Part shown: piece after piece, positions 25,452 through 36,734 of the stretch
Numbering within the stretch: the first letter of the stretch is position 1
Layout of the letters: every line of letters starts with the position of its first letter
Source of the DNA: Octopus bimaculoides
Lineage: Eukaryota
Direction: 5' to 3'
DNA: 64,000 bases
Assembly: GCF_001194135.2 (NCBI RefSeq)
Contig: NC_068982.1
Location: 67,319,854-67,383,853, forward strand
Made by a program: the position numbers and the translations under genes
Notes under the pieces: model-generated
Databases searched by the model: none
Told to the model about the DNA's origin: nothing
What the model saw: only the letters and a program-made list of their open reading frames with translations

Positions 25452-25673
25452 CATTTTAGTATTCAGATTATTCTGTCAAATGTAATGTGTATTTATTTGC
25501 ATTGTTTTGAATTAAACATGCTTTATCTTGTAACTTTCAATGATTTTAATTATGTGGTTGTATATTTTTAGAATGACACTGCAGGGTAGGTGTGAGAGGT
25601 TGAATCTGATCAGTTTTAACTTAAAAGGCGTAGAATATTTTGGCCAGATATGGTCGGTTTGAATGCTAAAGGA
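25452..25673. mobile_element. piggyBac-type MITE
   Basis: TAA-CATTTTAGTATTCAG ... AATGCTAAAGGA-TTAA. Confidence 0.75.
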
Positions 25674-25866
25674 TTAAGCATTTTAAGCTTCATTTACAGA
25701 AGTCAGGCTGGCTCAGGCACAGATATGGATGTGTAGTTAAGAAACTTGCTTCCTAACCATATGGTCTTTGGTTCAATGCCACACTGTTGTACTTTGGACA
25801 AGTGTCTTTCACCGTGGGTTTCAGGCAGACCAAAGCCTTTGGTAGATGGAATTTGAAAGAAAGCCC

Positions 25867-25913
<47 letters not shown>

Positions 25914-25944
25914 TCTTTTCTTTCTCTCTGGACTTTTACTTTTC

Positions 25945-25978
25945 TTTTTCTGATGAAGAACCATGCTCAAAACATCAC
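25945..25978 (+). ncRNA. Decayed minimal hammerhead-like motif (Penelope-type)
   Basis: CTGATGA-A-GAAC-CAT-GCTC-AAAA-CA-TC after a pyrimidine tract; the deviations are G>A changes. Confidence 0.45.
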
Positions 25979-25999
25979 ACACACACACACACTTTTCCC

Positions 26000-26445
26000 C
26001 CCAACTTAAACTTTCTCTGAGTGAAATCGAAATTGAACTAAATTTGACGACTGGCACCCATGCCAACGTCTCCTTCATTGGACACTGAACTCGGCTTGCG
26101 AAAACCTGTTGAGGAAAGTGAAAGCAAAATCGTGATGGCACCTGTACCAGTGGAGCACTAACAGCACCATCCGAGCGTGATCGTTGCCAGAGCAGCTGTC
26201 TGGCTTCCGTGCCAGTGGCACATAAATAGCACCATTTCAGTGTTATCGCTACCAGCGTCGCCTTCCCGGTACTCGTGCCGGTGGCACATGAAAAGACATT
26301 CGAGCGAGGTCGTTGCCAGTGCCACTTGACTGGCTCCCGTGCAGGTAGCACATAAAAAACACCTTTTTGAGCATGGCCGTTGCCAGTACTGTGTGAGTGG
26401 CCCTCGTGCCGGTGGCACATAAAAGCACCCACTCTGAGCATCTGT
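26000..26445 (+). mobile_element. RTE-type 3' UTR segment with ~65-bp tandem subrepeats
   Basis: CGTGCC(A/G)GTGGCACAT-like units start at 26208, 26274, 26338 and 26405; homologous to 25360-25448 (-) and 57280-57430. Confidence 0.75.
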
Positions 26446-26559
26446 ACATGCTTTTGACTTATGTTGTTTTTGTTTTTATTTTTGTTTTCATTCTTCATTT
26501 AACTACGTCTGTAAGTATCAATGTATTTGCGTGATGCAATATTTCCTAATGATTGCAAA

Positions 26560-26801
26560 CAAGTTTTATTTAATTCCAACCTTCCATGCAAAACATGTCA
26601 GGCTATGGAGAAATTTTTCCCCTGCTTGGAAAAAGAAGAGAATTGGTGATGGGAATTTGCACCTGACCATAGAAAATCAGCTTAAATGAATTCAAAGACG
26701 CCCATGCAAACAAGGAAAAGTGGACTTTAAATCAATGATGATGATGATCAAGGTGATAATGATGATGATGATCAAGGTGATGATGATGATGATGATCAAG
26801 G

Positions 26802-26834
<33 letters not shown>

Positions 26835-26995
26835 CAATGATGATGATGATGATGGTGATGACGATGATGATGACGATGATGACAACGACAATGGTGATGA
26901 CAATGATGATGGTGATGATGATGACGATGGCGACGACAGCAGCAACAATAATGATGTCAACGGCAGTGATGGTGATGATGATGATGATGTTTGCA
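26560..26995 (+). repeat. RTE-type 3' end whose (GAT)n tail has expanded to ~270 bp
   Basis: catgcaaacaaggaaaagtggactttaaa then (GAT)n with ATCAAGGTG at 24-bp period (26747, 26771, 26795). Confidence 0.85.
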
Positions 26996-27341
26996 GTTCT
27001 CCACGTTTTCAAGATTAAAGTATAGCATCCATGCTGCAGCAGAATTTAACAACTTTGCACCACAGTTCATATTCTTGTATTATATCTTATTTTATCAATC
27101 AACATATCTACCAACCTATTAATGTACTTCCTCTTTTACTTATAATTCTACAAATCCTGTCTTATACACATTCTTGTCATTCTGATTCTTTGCAAGAAAG
27201 TTATCAAAAATACTTATCAAATTCCAGTCACCCGACATTTACATTGGACTTTTTACAAGCCAGCATAAGGAAATAAATGGAAACATCTACTAAATGATGA
27301 TGATGATGATGACAATGGTAGTGGTGGTGGTGGTGGTGGTG

Positions 27342-27383
<42 letters not shown>

Positions 27384-27847
27384 ATGGTGGTAATATTGGT
27401 AGTGGTGGTGGTGGTGGTTAGGAGAAGCAGGGGGAAGGGTGGAGGAGGAATAGAAAGCTGACAAGGATTATCATTATTAACAGAAGAAATAACGGCAGAA
27501 GCTGCAGTAGTCAAAGCACAAACATCTTTTATTTACAATTTTCTAAAGAGAATATTTTAAATATAATACACTAACAAACATAACTGACTTATAATGTTGA
27601 ATATGTACATTTACNNNNNNNNNNNNNNNNNNNNNNNNNNNNNNNNNNNNNNNNNNNNNNNNNNNNNNNNNNNNNNNNNNNNNNNNNNNNNNNNNNNNNN
27701 NNNNNNNNNNNNNNNNNNNNNNNNNNNNNNNNNNNNNNNNNNNNNNNNNNNNNNNNNNNNNNNNNNNNNNNNNNNNNNNNNNNNNNNNNNNNNNNNNNNN
27801 NNNNNNNNNNNNNNNNNNNNNNNNNNNNNNNNNNNNNNNNNNNNNNN

Positions 27848-28040
27848 TTACCGAAAATGTGCTTTTTATGGTAATCTGACCTTAGAGTCCCTCATAGCGT
27901 GAGGCATTATTGTATAGTAATGCCCTTATATAAATATAAATATATATTTCGGGAATAAATGATGGATTTCTTCCCTTATGAGGTTTTTTCACGCTAGCTA
28001 CTTGATAAATTCTTGTAAAAGAATTCGTCCTATTACTGAA
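27848..28040. mobile_element. Second copy (right arm plus tail) of the fold-back element; left part in a gap
   Basis: agagtccctc.tagc.tgaggcatt..gtatagtaat.ccctta and gaggttttttca.gct..ctacttgataaattctt are shared with 11430-11580. Confidence 0.8.
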
Positions 28041-28112
28041 TTTAAATATATATATATATATGTATGTATAAATTCTTACACATGTACTTATTCAAATACA
28101 TACTCAAGATTA

Positions 28113-28143
<31 letters not shown>

Positions 28144-28149
28144 TGATAG

Positions 28150-28338
28150 AAAAGGTAAGACAACAAAAGAAAGAAAGAGACCTCGATGTTATGTAAATAG
28201 AGAAATTTATCTGTAAATAAGATGTGACAATTATTCGGTAGCCATGATAAAGCTCCGAGTTTTGGATGCCAGGGCAGAAACCCACGCCGCCATCTCTTCA
28301 GTTAACTGGCCATCGAAGAATGCTATGAAAATGATCGT
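28150..28338 (-). mobile_element. Penelope-type repeat fragment with hammerhead-like relic
   Basis: Minus strand CTGAAGA-GATG..CATC-C-AAAA-CTCGGAG-CT; homolog at 35430-35560. Confidence 0.55.
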
Positions 28339-29240
28339 GTTGACCCTCCAGTTCATGGCCAAAGCTTGGTCTTGCACTGCCAATATAGTGCTCTTGGTCC
28401 CTTTTTTTAGTGTTCCTTTCATTAGCCAATCCCTCCTATTTTTAACTGCAACATCTGTTGTGGCTGCATGGAATTGATTGTGCAGTCCCTTGTTGTGTAA
28501 TTCTTCTTCATGTCCATTTTTGCACTTCTTCCTTTGTTTTCCCTTTTTTCTCTACTTTCAATATTCCTCATTCCCAACTGTCACTAGCAAGGTTTCCTTA
28601 CTTTGGGCTTGGTATCTCATTAAGCTCTTGAGTTCAATATGCATGCAATCTTCCACACTTTTTAGTCCTCTGCCTCCATTTGCTCTCTTCATATATAGGT
28701 GGTTAGTGTCCACATATGGATGATCGGCTCCATGCATCATTTGGAGCTTTCTTGACTTCCTGTCCATCTCCTTTAGTTCCTCTGTCCACCTCAGGACTCC
28801 AGTACCATACCGAACTACTGCGCACGAGTTTATTGTTGAAATTATGTTTCTGGCATTTAGCTTTGAAGCCAATATTTTTCTCACTTGCCACAGGTACTCC
28901 TTTTTTGTCTTTTCCTTCCTGTCATTGTGTTTTATTCCATCTGCCTCAAGTATTCCTAGGTATTTATAGCTGGATTGAGGTTGAATTACCTTCATCATTT
29001 TACCACTTGGCAAACATATATCTTCTCTTCTGAAAAGCTTTCCTTGTCTTATCACTATCATAGTACGTTTTGAGAGCACCAAACTCCATCTTAATATCAT
29101 TGAAGAAAATCAGCACAGACTGAACTAGGCTGTCCAGTTCTGCCTCAGTTTTAGTGAATAGCTTCAGATCGTCCATGAATAGCAAGTGGTTCAGTTTTCC
29201 CTTACCTCTTCGCAGGTTATACCCCAACTTTGTTTCTTAG
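28339..29240 (-). mobile_element. R4/Dong-like non-LTR retrotransposon fragment (RT motif C to post-RT region)
   Basis: ORFs: LNHLLFMDDLKLF, SYKYLGILE, KLNARNIISTINSCAVVRYG, HLYMKRANGGRGL, KGTLKKGTKSTILAVQDQAL; several frameshifts. Confidence 0.88.
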
Positions 29241-29335
29241 CATATTTACTCACTTCAGGTTCCTTGAAAAACGAGGAATAATGTACTGTGATGATGAATT
29301 GCTAGATTATTGCTCACTAAAATGAACTTTCACAT

Positions 29336-29389
<54 letters not shown>

Positions 29390-29504
29390 NNNNNNNNNNN
29401 NNNNNNNNNNNNNNNNNNNNNNNNNNNNNNNNNNNNNNNNNNNNNNNNNNNNNNNNNNNNNNNNNNNNNNNNNNNNNNNNNNNNNNNNNNNNNNNNNNNN
29501 NNNN

Positions 29505-29556
<52 letters not shown>

Positions 29557-29911
29557 CACGTGGATGAGTTATATCAAAAATGGGTGGTGCTATTATTCAT
29601 TGTTAAAAACTAGTGATTGCAGAATAGGCAGGTGTGTATGGCAACTCATGCTACTTGGACTGAGTATAAAGTCTATTGTCACAGAGACATTGCAATTTTG
29701 CTGTTTAGACTGAGTTCAAAGTCTGTCATTGCAGATACATCATTTACTGTTTTGTGGTATAAGGAAATTTTTATAAATTTCAGAACTAAAATTCTATAAA
29801 TTTCATATAAATCTTGATATTTTACCTAGGTATATGGAATAAAAATATTTAGCTTAGCTTTTATCTAGTAGAATTTCAATACTTACCATTATGATATAAT
29901 GCACACACATA

Positions 29912-30117
29912 CAAGGGGGTGCTGAAAAAGTTCCTGGCCTTGGGTAAAAGAAAAATACAGAAGGATCAGTTAATTATAATTTTATTCAACATATTTCCCT
30001 CTCAGATTGCAGCAGTCCTTCAGTTTTCTAAGCCCTGTAAAACAACTCAGAAGGTTGGGCTTCTAACCAGGCCTTTCATGATACCCTTAAAAGCAGGAAC
30101 TTTTCAGCACCCCCTTG
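29912..30117. mobile_element. Mariner-type MITE (206 bp)
   Basis: TA-CAAGGGGGTGCTGAAAAAGTTCCTG ... CAGGAACTTTTCAGCACCCCCTTG-TA; partial copy at 53372-53445. Confidence 0.88.
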
Positions 30118-30204
30118 TATATGTGTGTGTGTATTTATATATATCTAGGCAGCTTTTGACTTTTCCTATCCAAAGGGATTTTTAACTCAATATTTACATT
30201 CTAT

Positions 30205-30418
30205 CAAAGCGGTGAGCTGGCAGAATCATTAGCACACAGGGCAGAATGCTTAGTGGCATTTCGCACGTCTTTATGCTGTGAGCTCAAATTCTGCCAAGGT
30301 CAACTTTGCCTTTCATTCTTTCAGGGTTGATAAATTAAGTACCAGTTGCATACTGGGGTCGATTTAATCGACTGCCCCCTACCTCAAAATTTCAGGCCTT
30401 GTGCCTAGAGTAGAAAAG
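30205..30418 (+). mobile_element. Family A SINE, full length, with TSD
   Basis: Head GCGGTGAGCTGGCAGAATC, B-box-like GAGCTCAAATTC; TSD AATATTTACAT(T/G)CTAT at 30189-30204 and 30419-30434. Confidence 0.9.
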
Positions 30419-30574
30419 AATATTTACATGCTATTATTTAAAACTGTATTTGTTTTAATATCCTCCATTCCCCATGAAAAAAATTATATATAAATATATG
30501 TATATATACATGTATGTGTATGTATATATACATATATAAATAAATTTAAAATTAAATATATATATGTGTGTGTG

Positions 30575-30622
<48 letters not shown>

Positions 30623-31024
30623 NNNNNNNNNNNNNNNNNNNNNNNNNNNNNNNNNNNNNNNNNNNNNNNNNNNNNNNNNNNNNNNNNNNNNNNNNNNNNN
30701 NNNNNNNNNNNNNNNNNNNNNNNNNNNNNNNNNNNNNNNNNNNNNNNNNNNNNNNNNNNNNNNNNNNNNNNNNNNNNNNNNNNNNNNNNNNNNNNNNNNN
30801 NNNNNNNNNNNNNNNNNNNNNNNNNNNNNNNNNNNNNNNNNNNNNNNNNNNNNNNNNNNNNNNNNNNNNNNNNNNNNNNNNNNNNNNNNNNNNNNNNNNN
30901 NNNNNNNNNNNNNNNNNNNNNNNNCAATATTATCAAAAAATTTCACACTCCACTATCAGTAGATATGTAAATGGTTTAATGCTTTCTACAAGTTAATTGA
31001 CCAGACTAAATAATATATACTCAC

Positions 31025-31062
<38 letters not shown>

Positions 31063-31854
31063 CAAGAAAAAATGCTCCATAGGTCATTAAGTCATCATCA
31101 TGTGGTTTATTTTCATATAGCATGTGAAGGGCAGGTTAACCTAACTGAGAAACCATCAATCTCTAGAAGTTATTGATTATTGTTGGAGACTGCATATAAA
31201 GAAGAGTGTAAGAGAAATGAAATGATTACACACATATTCACACACTTTGCGTACGTGTGTGTGTGTGTGTGCCTGTGTGTGTCTGTATGTGTATGTCTAC
31301 CTGTGTGACAGTGCATGTGACTGTATTTGTATAAATGTTGGTTAATCTCTTTATTATAATCATAAAGTCACAAAAGCACATCCTTAACTCTGCTAACTAC
31401 TTGTCCCAAGCAGAGATAAATCACAAACCACATAGCAAATCAAAAGCTAAGCTATGTCATGTTATTTTTTTAGAAGACACTGTTGCTATAACTCCCAGCT
31501 GATTTAAACCAACCAATTAAAATGTGGTGCCTCACACAAAGATGCTTTGAATCATGATATGAAATAAAACACAAGATTTTCAGACTAATAGCTCATCAAC
31601 TTACCAATTTACTGACAAAAATAATGGCTCTACCACTAATACTAACAGCATCACAATCACTAACAAAGGGACAGTTTTTACATCATTACTCAATTTGCAA
31701 GAAAAGGCAGTGATGTTGCCTTCAAACTACAGCCTATTATCATTAAAAAAATTGAGGAACAAAATTTTGATAACAGTTCCAGATATGTTAAAAAATAAGA
31801 CTGGATAGTCATGGCTGGAACACATTTATAAAACTATTCAGTCAGAATTAAATG

Positions 31855-31933
31855 ATATTCAGATACATCAGCTACAAGGCTCAAGAGAGGTTGATAATGG
31901 ACTACTACTCCCACATATGGGATAGTGCTGCTA

Positions 31934-31964
<31 letters not shown>

Positions 31965-32415
31965 ACACTCTGACATCCTGGACTGCATCTATAGAAGGAC
32001 CACTGACCTGAATAACACTCCTAAACTAATGACACACTCTGGCCTCTGGTTCACAAGCATGCTGTCTCCTCCCTCTGTCCTTTCTGTTACTATTATAATA
32101 ACCTCCACTCCCTGGAGTTGGCTAGTCTTGTGTCTCTGGCACTCAGGTATCCAAATTTCACTCATCTCTCTATTTTTCAGCACCCTTGGTGCAACCATTC
32201 ACCCTTTTCCTGTTCTGACTACTATCTCCAGTCCTTCTACCCCCAGTACATAAACTCTCTGTAATCTTCTCTCTGCTCTTGTCTTTCCTACAGGTGTTGA
32301 CCTGCAACAGTCTAAACAGTACCTTAACAATATCAATGTCACTAATCTTGGATGGCCTACAAGGATCAGGGACTGTGCCCCTTCTTCCTGACTCATCAAA
32401 CAAAAAAAAAAAAAG
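31855..32415 (+). mobile_element. Degenerate CR1-group LINE 3' end
   Basis: YKAQ..MDYYSHIW..ILDCI followed by an LCNLLSALVFPTGVDLQQSK-like C-terminus (cf. YKAQIRP.MEYCSHIW and LWNSLP..VFP); ends in an A-rich tail. Confidence 0.65.
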
Positions 32416-33176
32416 AACAATACCTTAATTGTACAGTATCTTTTACTGTACCCATAGGATAATTGAAGTTTTGTCATTTAATTTAGACAATTTCTTAGTC
32501 AGATTAGAATGTTGCAGGAAAGAATTGCAAGACCAATTCTTTGATCTGAGTCAATTGACAAGAGACCTAGGAGTAAACCAAGAATGTAATGGTCGGATAA
32601 CACTCATGAACTCAGTTGGTCACACTTGGGTATCCAGCTGGAAAGTGGAATGATGGTTGCTTCTGACAGGACTCTATGGAGCAGGTGCTTAAGGACTCTA
32701 CTTCCACGAGTCTCCCAGGAAAAGTGGGCAGAGAAAGATGGACAGGTGGATGGTAGATAGAATCTATGCATAAATTAATTCATGTATGTGTGTGTGCACG
32801 TGCATGTACATTGTGTATTTTTGTATTTGTGTGTGTGCATACGCATATGCATTTGTGTTTGTCTTTTCCTGTTTGATGACTGATGTTGGTTTGTTTATGT
32901 CTCTGTAACCTATATACAGGACAAATGATTTCACAAGACAAAGTGGTTCACCTGTAGATAAGGTGTATGGAAAAATTATGTAACAGTTTTAATTTTATAT
33001 AATACAGATCAGATGCATTTTGAAACATATGTAGTGCATAACTGATTCTTCCATTCCTTTCATTCACTCATTTAATTATCTCATACTTCAAAACATAACT
33101 TGCTTTTGTACTGGAATTGTACAGCATCCATCATCAAGATTACTTGATAATTTCATAATCGGACAAAGCGCATTTG

Positions 33177-33220
<44 letters not shown>

Positions 33221-33351
33221 NNNNNNNNNNNNNNNNNNNNNNNNNNNNNNNNNNNNNNNNNNNNNNNNNNNNNNNNNNNNNNNNNNNNNNNNNNNNNNNN
33301 NNNNNNNNNNNNNNNNNNNNNNNNNNNNNNNNNNNNNNNNNNNNNNNNNNN

Positions 33352-33392
<41 letters not shown>

Positions 33393-33584
33393 TGTGTTCA
33401 TTAAAATATGATAGGTAAATATTACTACTTATGAGTGAATTTTAGTATGAGTCTGGCAAAGATAATCAACAGATGAATTTTGAAAGAATTGTATTGGAAT
33501 GATGGCCATTTGTATATATCATCGTCACCACACCTGAAACCACCACCACCACCACTACCACTACTATAAAAATGATGATGATGA

Positions 33585-33830
33585 TGATGATGACATCATC
33601 ATCATCATCATTTTTATGTCAGCTTTCCATCCTGTCATGAGTTGGACAAATCATCAATGCCCAAATCACTTCCTGTTGGGAGTCACTACTCCCAAAGACT
33701 AGGTGCTCATACATATCTTTGGCATGGTTTCTATACCTGGATGCCCTTCCTAATGCCACCTACTTTACAGATTGTTCTGGGTATATTTTTGTATGACAGT
33801 AGCACTAGGGAGGTTAAACAGTCCTTGGTA
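33585..33830 (-). mobile_element. RTE-type 3' end, diverged
   Basis: catcatcatc..ctggatgcccttcctaatgccacc shared with 25180-25448. Confidence 0.65.
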
Positions 33831-34565
33831 AGCCTGGACAAGAGAAACTTCAAACCATACATTTACTCTGCTCATTAAACCAACCATTTCACAAATGGTG
33901 AAATGAAACCTTGTACATAGTAAATGTATATTTGCAAGAGAGAGAGAAAGACCAGAAATGAGTACTTAAGAGGTGGAGATAAGGGAGTAAATGAAGGTGA
34001 AGAAAATATTCAATGAACAAGGGTAAGTTTATTTGTATAGGTGACCAAGGAAGGGAATTTAGCAGTTCAGCTAAAGAGACCGATAGAAAAAGTACCAAGT
34101 TTAAAAAAAAATTAAATAAGTAAGTACTGAGGTCAAATTGTTCGACTAAAAATTCTTTAAGGCAGTGACTCAGCATAGCTGCAGTCAAATAAAACAGATA
34201 CAAGATAAAATATGCACGTGTGTATGTGTGCATCTACATATACATATATACATACATGCATATATATATATGTGTATTTCTGTGACTATTTAAGCGTACA
34301 TTAATGCATATATTTGTACAGGCAAGTTGGGGTGGGGGACTTGCCGGTTTTTGTATGAATAGTTAGAAGGATGTTTGCATTATTTCGGACTTGGTTCACC
34401 TCCAACTCAGATCATTAGTTCATCTCTCAGCTGTTCTCTTCATGCCAAATAAAAAGCAAAATGCATTGCTACTACATTTTTAAAAGTCTGTTTTAATGGT
34501 AGTCATCCTTGTGTGAAACTGGCCAAGATCACACACAGCCACATATACACACACGTCTGTGTATG

Positions 34566-34635
<70 letters not shown>

Positions 34636-35375
34636 CATAGAGAGAAAGAAAGAGGGAGAATTAAGGAGAAAATAACTTTNNNNNNNNNNNNNNNNNNNNN
34701 NNNNNNNNNNNNNNNNNNNNNNNNNNNNNNNNNNNNNNNNNNNNNNNNNNNNNNNNNNNNNNNNNNNNNNNNNNNNNNNNNNNNNNNNNNNNNNNNNNNN
34801 NNNNNNNNNNNNNNNNNNNNNNNNNNNNNNNNNNNNNNNNNNNNNNNNNNNNNNNNNNNNNNNNNNNNNNNNNNNNNNNNNNNNNNNNNNNNNNNNNNNN
34901 NNNNNNNNNNNNNNNNNNNNNNNNNNNNNNNNNNNNNNNNNNNNNNNNNNNNNNNNNNNNNNNNNNNNNNNNNNNNNNNNNNNNNNNNNNNNNNNNNNNN
35001 NNNNNNNNNNNNNNNNNNNNNNNNNNNNNNNNNNNNNNNNNNNNNNNNNNNNNNNNNNNNNNNNNNNNNNNNNNNNNNNNNNNNNNNNNNNNNNNNNNNN
35101 NNNNNNNNNNNNNNNNNNNNNNNNNNNNNNNNNNNNNNNNNNNNNNNNNNNNNNNNNNNNNNNNNNNNNNNNNNNNNNNNNNNNNNNNNNNNNNNNNNNN
35201 NNNNNNNNNNNNNNNNNNNNNNNNNNNNNNNNNNNNNNNNNNNNNNNNNNNNNNNNNNNNNNNNNNNNNNNNNNNNNNNNNNNNNNNNNNNNNNNNNNNN
35301 NNNNNNNNNNNNNNNNNNNNNNNNNNNNNNNNNNNNNNNNNNNNNNNNNNNNNNNNNNNNNNNNNNNNNNNNNNN

Positions 35376-35424
<49 letters not shown>

Positions 35425-35429
35425 CTGTA

Positions 35430-35640
35430 AATAAAATATGTGACAATTATTTGGTAGCCATGATATAAAACTCCGAGTTTTGGATGTCGGGGTGGAAACC
35501 CATGCTGGCATCTCTTCAGTTATCGAGCCATCGAAAAAATGCTATGTAAATGACCGTTAAAACAAAGGGAAATTACTGTGTGATCGACCATTATCAAGAC
35601 AGAAGAGCTATTAGAATGATCGCTAAGTAAGGTAAGGGAG
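35430..35640 (-). mobile_element. Penelope-type repeat fragment with hammerhead-like relic (same family as 28150-28338)
   Basis: Minus strand ATAA-CTGAAGA-GATG..CATC-C-AAAA-CTCGGAG-TT-TTAT. Confidence 0.55.
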
Positions 35641-36150
35641 TAAAAATGTTCATAGTAATCGCATAAGTGCGCATGTCCATACATACACATGCGTGCCTGC
35701 ACACCCATGTACATGCGCCTATATGTATATACTCATCCACCCTCACTTGAAACACACACATGCTCACCCACACATTCACCAAAAACTATATATACATACC
35801 CGCATACACGCTCGCACACACACACACACATACACAAAAAAGGTTCGGCATGACTGCAGCCACTTGGCTGAAACGCATAAAAATAAATAAACAAATGTCT
35901 ATATACGCACATACTCGCATGCATGCACACATGTCTAACATATGCACATACCCGCACATGTCTATATACACATGCACACACACATATATATNNNNNNNNN
36001 NNNNNNNNNNNNNNNNNNNNNNNNNNNNNNNNNNNNNNNNNNNNNNNNNNNNNNNNNNNNNNNNNNNNNNNNNNNNNNNNNNNNNNNNNNNNNNNNNNNN
36101 NNNNNNNNNNNNNNNNNNNNNNNNNNNNNNNNNNNNNNNNTATATATATA

Positions 36151-36557
36151 TATATTAAATCTCTGAGCAAGATATAAACAGTAGTGGTATAGAATCGTAA
36201 CACGTATTTCCCAACTAAGTGTGATGTCCTATACAGGAGAGTGCTACTGTTGTTTATAGCCCCCGGGAAGACATCTCCTCCAGCTGACTAATGACACACA
36301 GTCTGTGTCCAATTAGCATTTGTGAAGGGAGATCATTGCTCCTATCTCTAGCCTTACGTGATACACATGGATTCGAGTTTCTGGGTGGTTGCCTGACATC
36401 AGCATGTGTTAATCACTAGCTAGGGATGCAAACTTATTCCACTCACAAATTGCTATATACTCTTCTAGCGACTCACCGTTGCTAATCTTGTAAAAGAGAG
36501 AGATATGTTATATTAAATCTCTGAGCAAAATATAAACAATAACGGTACGGAATTGTA
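36151..36557 (-). mobile_element. 358-bp unit with 49-bp terminal direct repeat and an internal type I hammerhead-like motif (retrozyme-like)
   Basis: Direct repeats at 36151-36199 and 36509-36557 (7 mismatches); hammerhead topology at 36358-36416; flanked by (TA)n. Confidence 0.6.
36358..36416 (-). ncRNA. Type I hammerhead-ribozyme-like motif with non-canonical position 9 and stem II
   Basis: GTGAT-ta-ACACATG CTGATGT CAGGCAACCACCCA GAAA CTCGAA TC CATGTGT-ATCAC: 12-bp bulged stem I in exact register, near-palindromic stem III, UC at the cleavage site. Confidence 0.55.
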
Positions 36558-36616
36558 TATATATGTGTGTGTGTGTGTGTGTGTTTATATATGTGTGTGT
36601 GTATATATATATATAT

Positions 36617-36734
36617 GGGAGAATATACAAATAATAACAACAGACGAGGACAGGTGGTGTAAATAACAAAAGTATATATTAGTATGACGCTCGGGAATAC
36701 GGAAAGTCTTTGACGTTTCGAGCTACGCTCTTCA
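36617..36734 (-). mobile_element. Penelope-type repeat (A6U hammerhead family), truncated by (TA)n
   Basis: Reverse complement is identical to 60519-60621 over ~100 bp. Confidence 0.75.

Noticed and set aside
29254-29262. Possible 9-nt minus-strand microexon GAACCTGAA with a GTGAGT donor
   Set aside because: Signals are plausible but not above chance, it gives a stop in the phase of the speculative exon chain, and there is no transcript evidence.
35850-35885. AGCC-ACTT-GGCT-GAAACGCA hammerhead look-alike
   Set aside because: It matches the family B SINE 3' hairpin (gcagtc..gactgaaac) and has no CUGANGA core.
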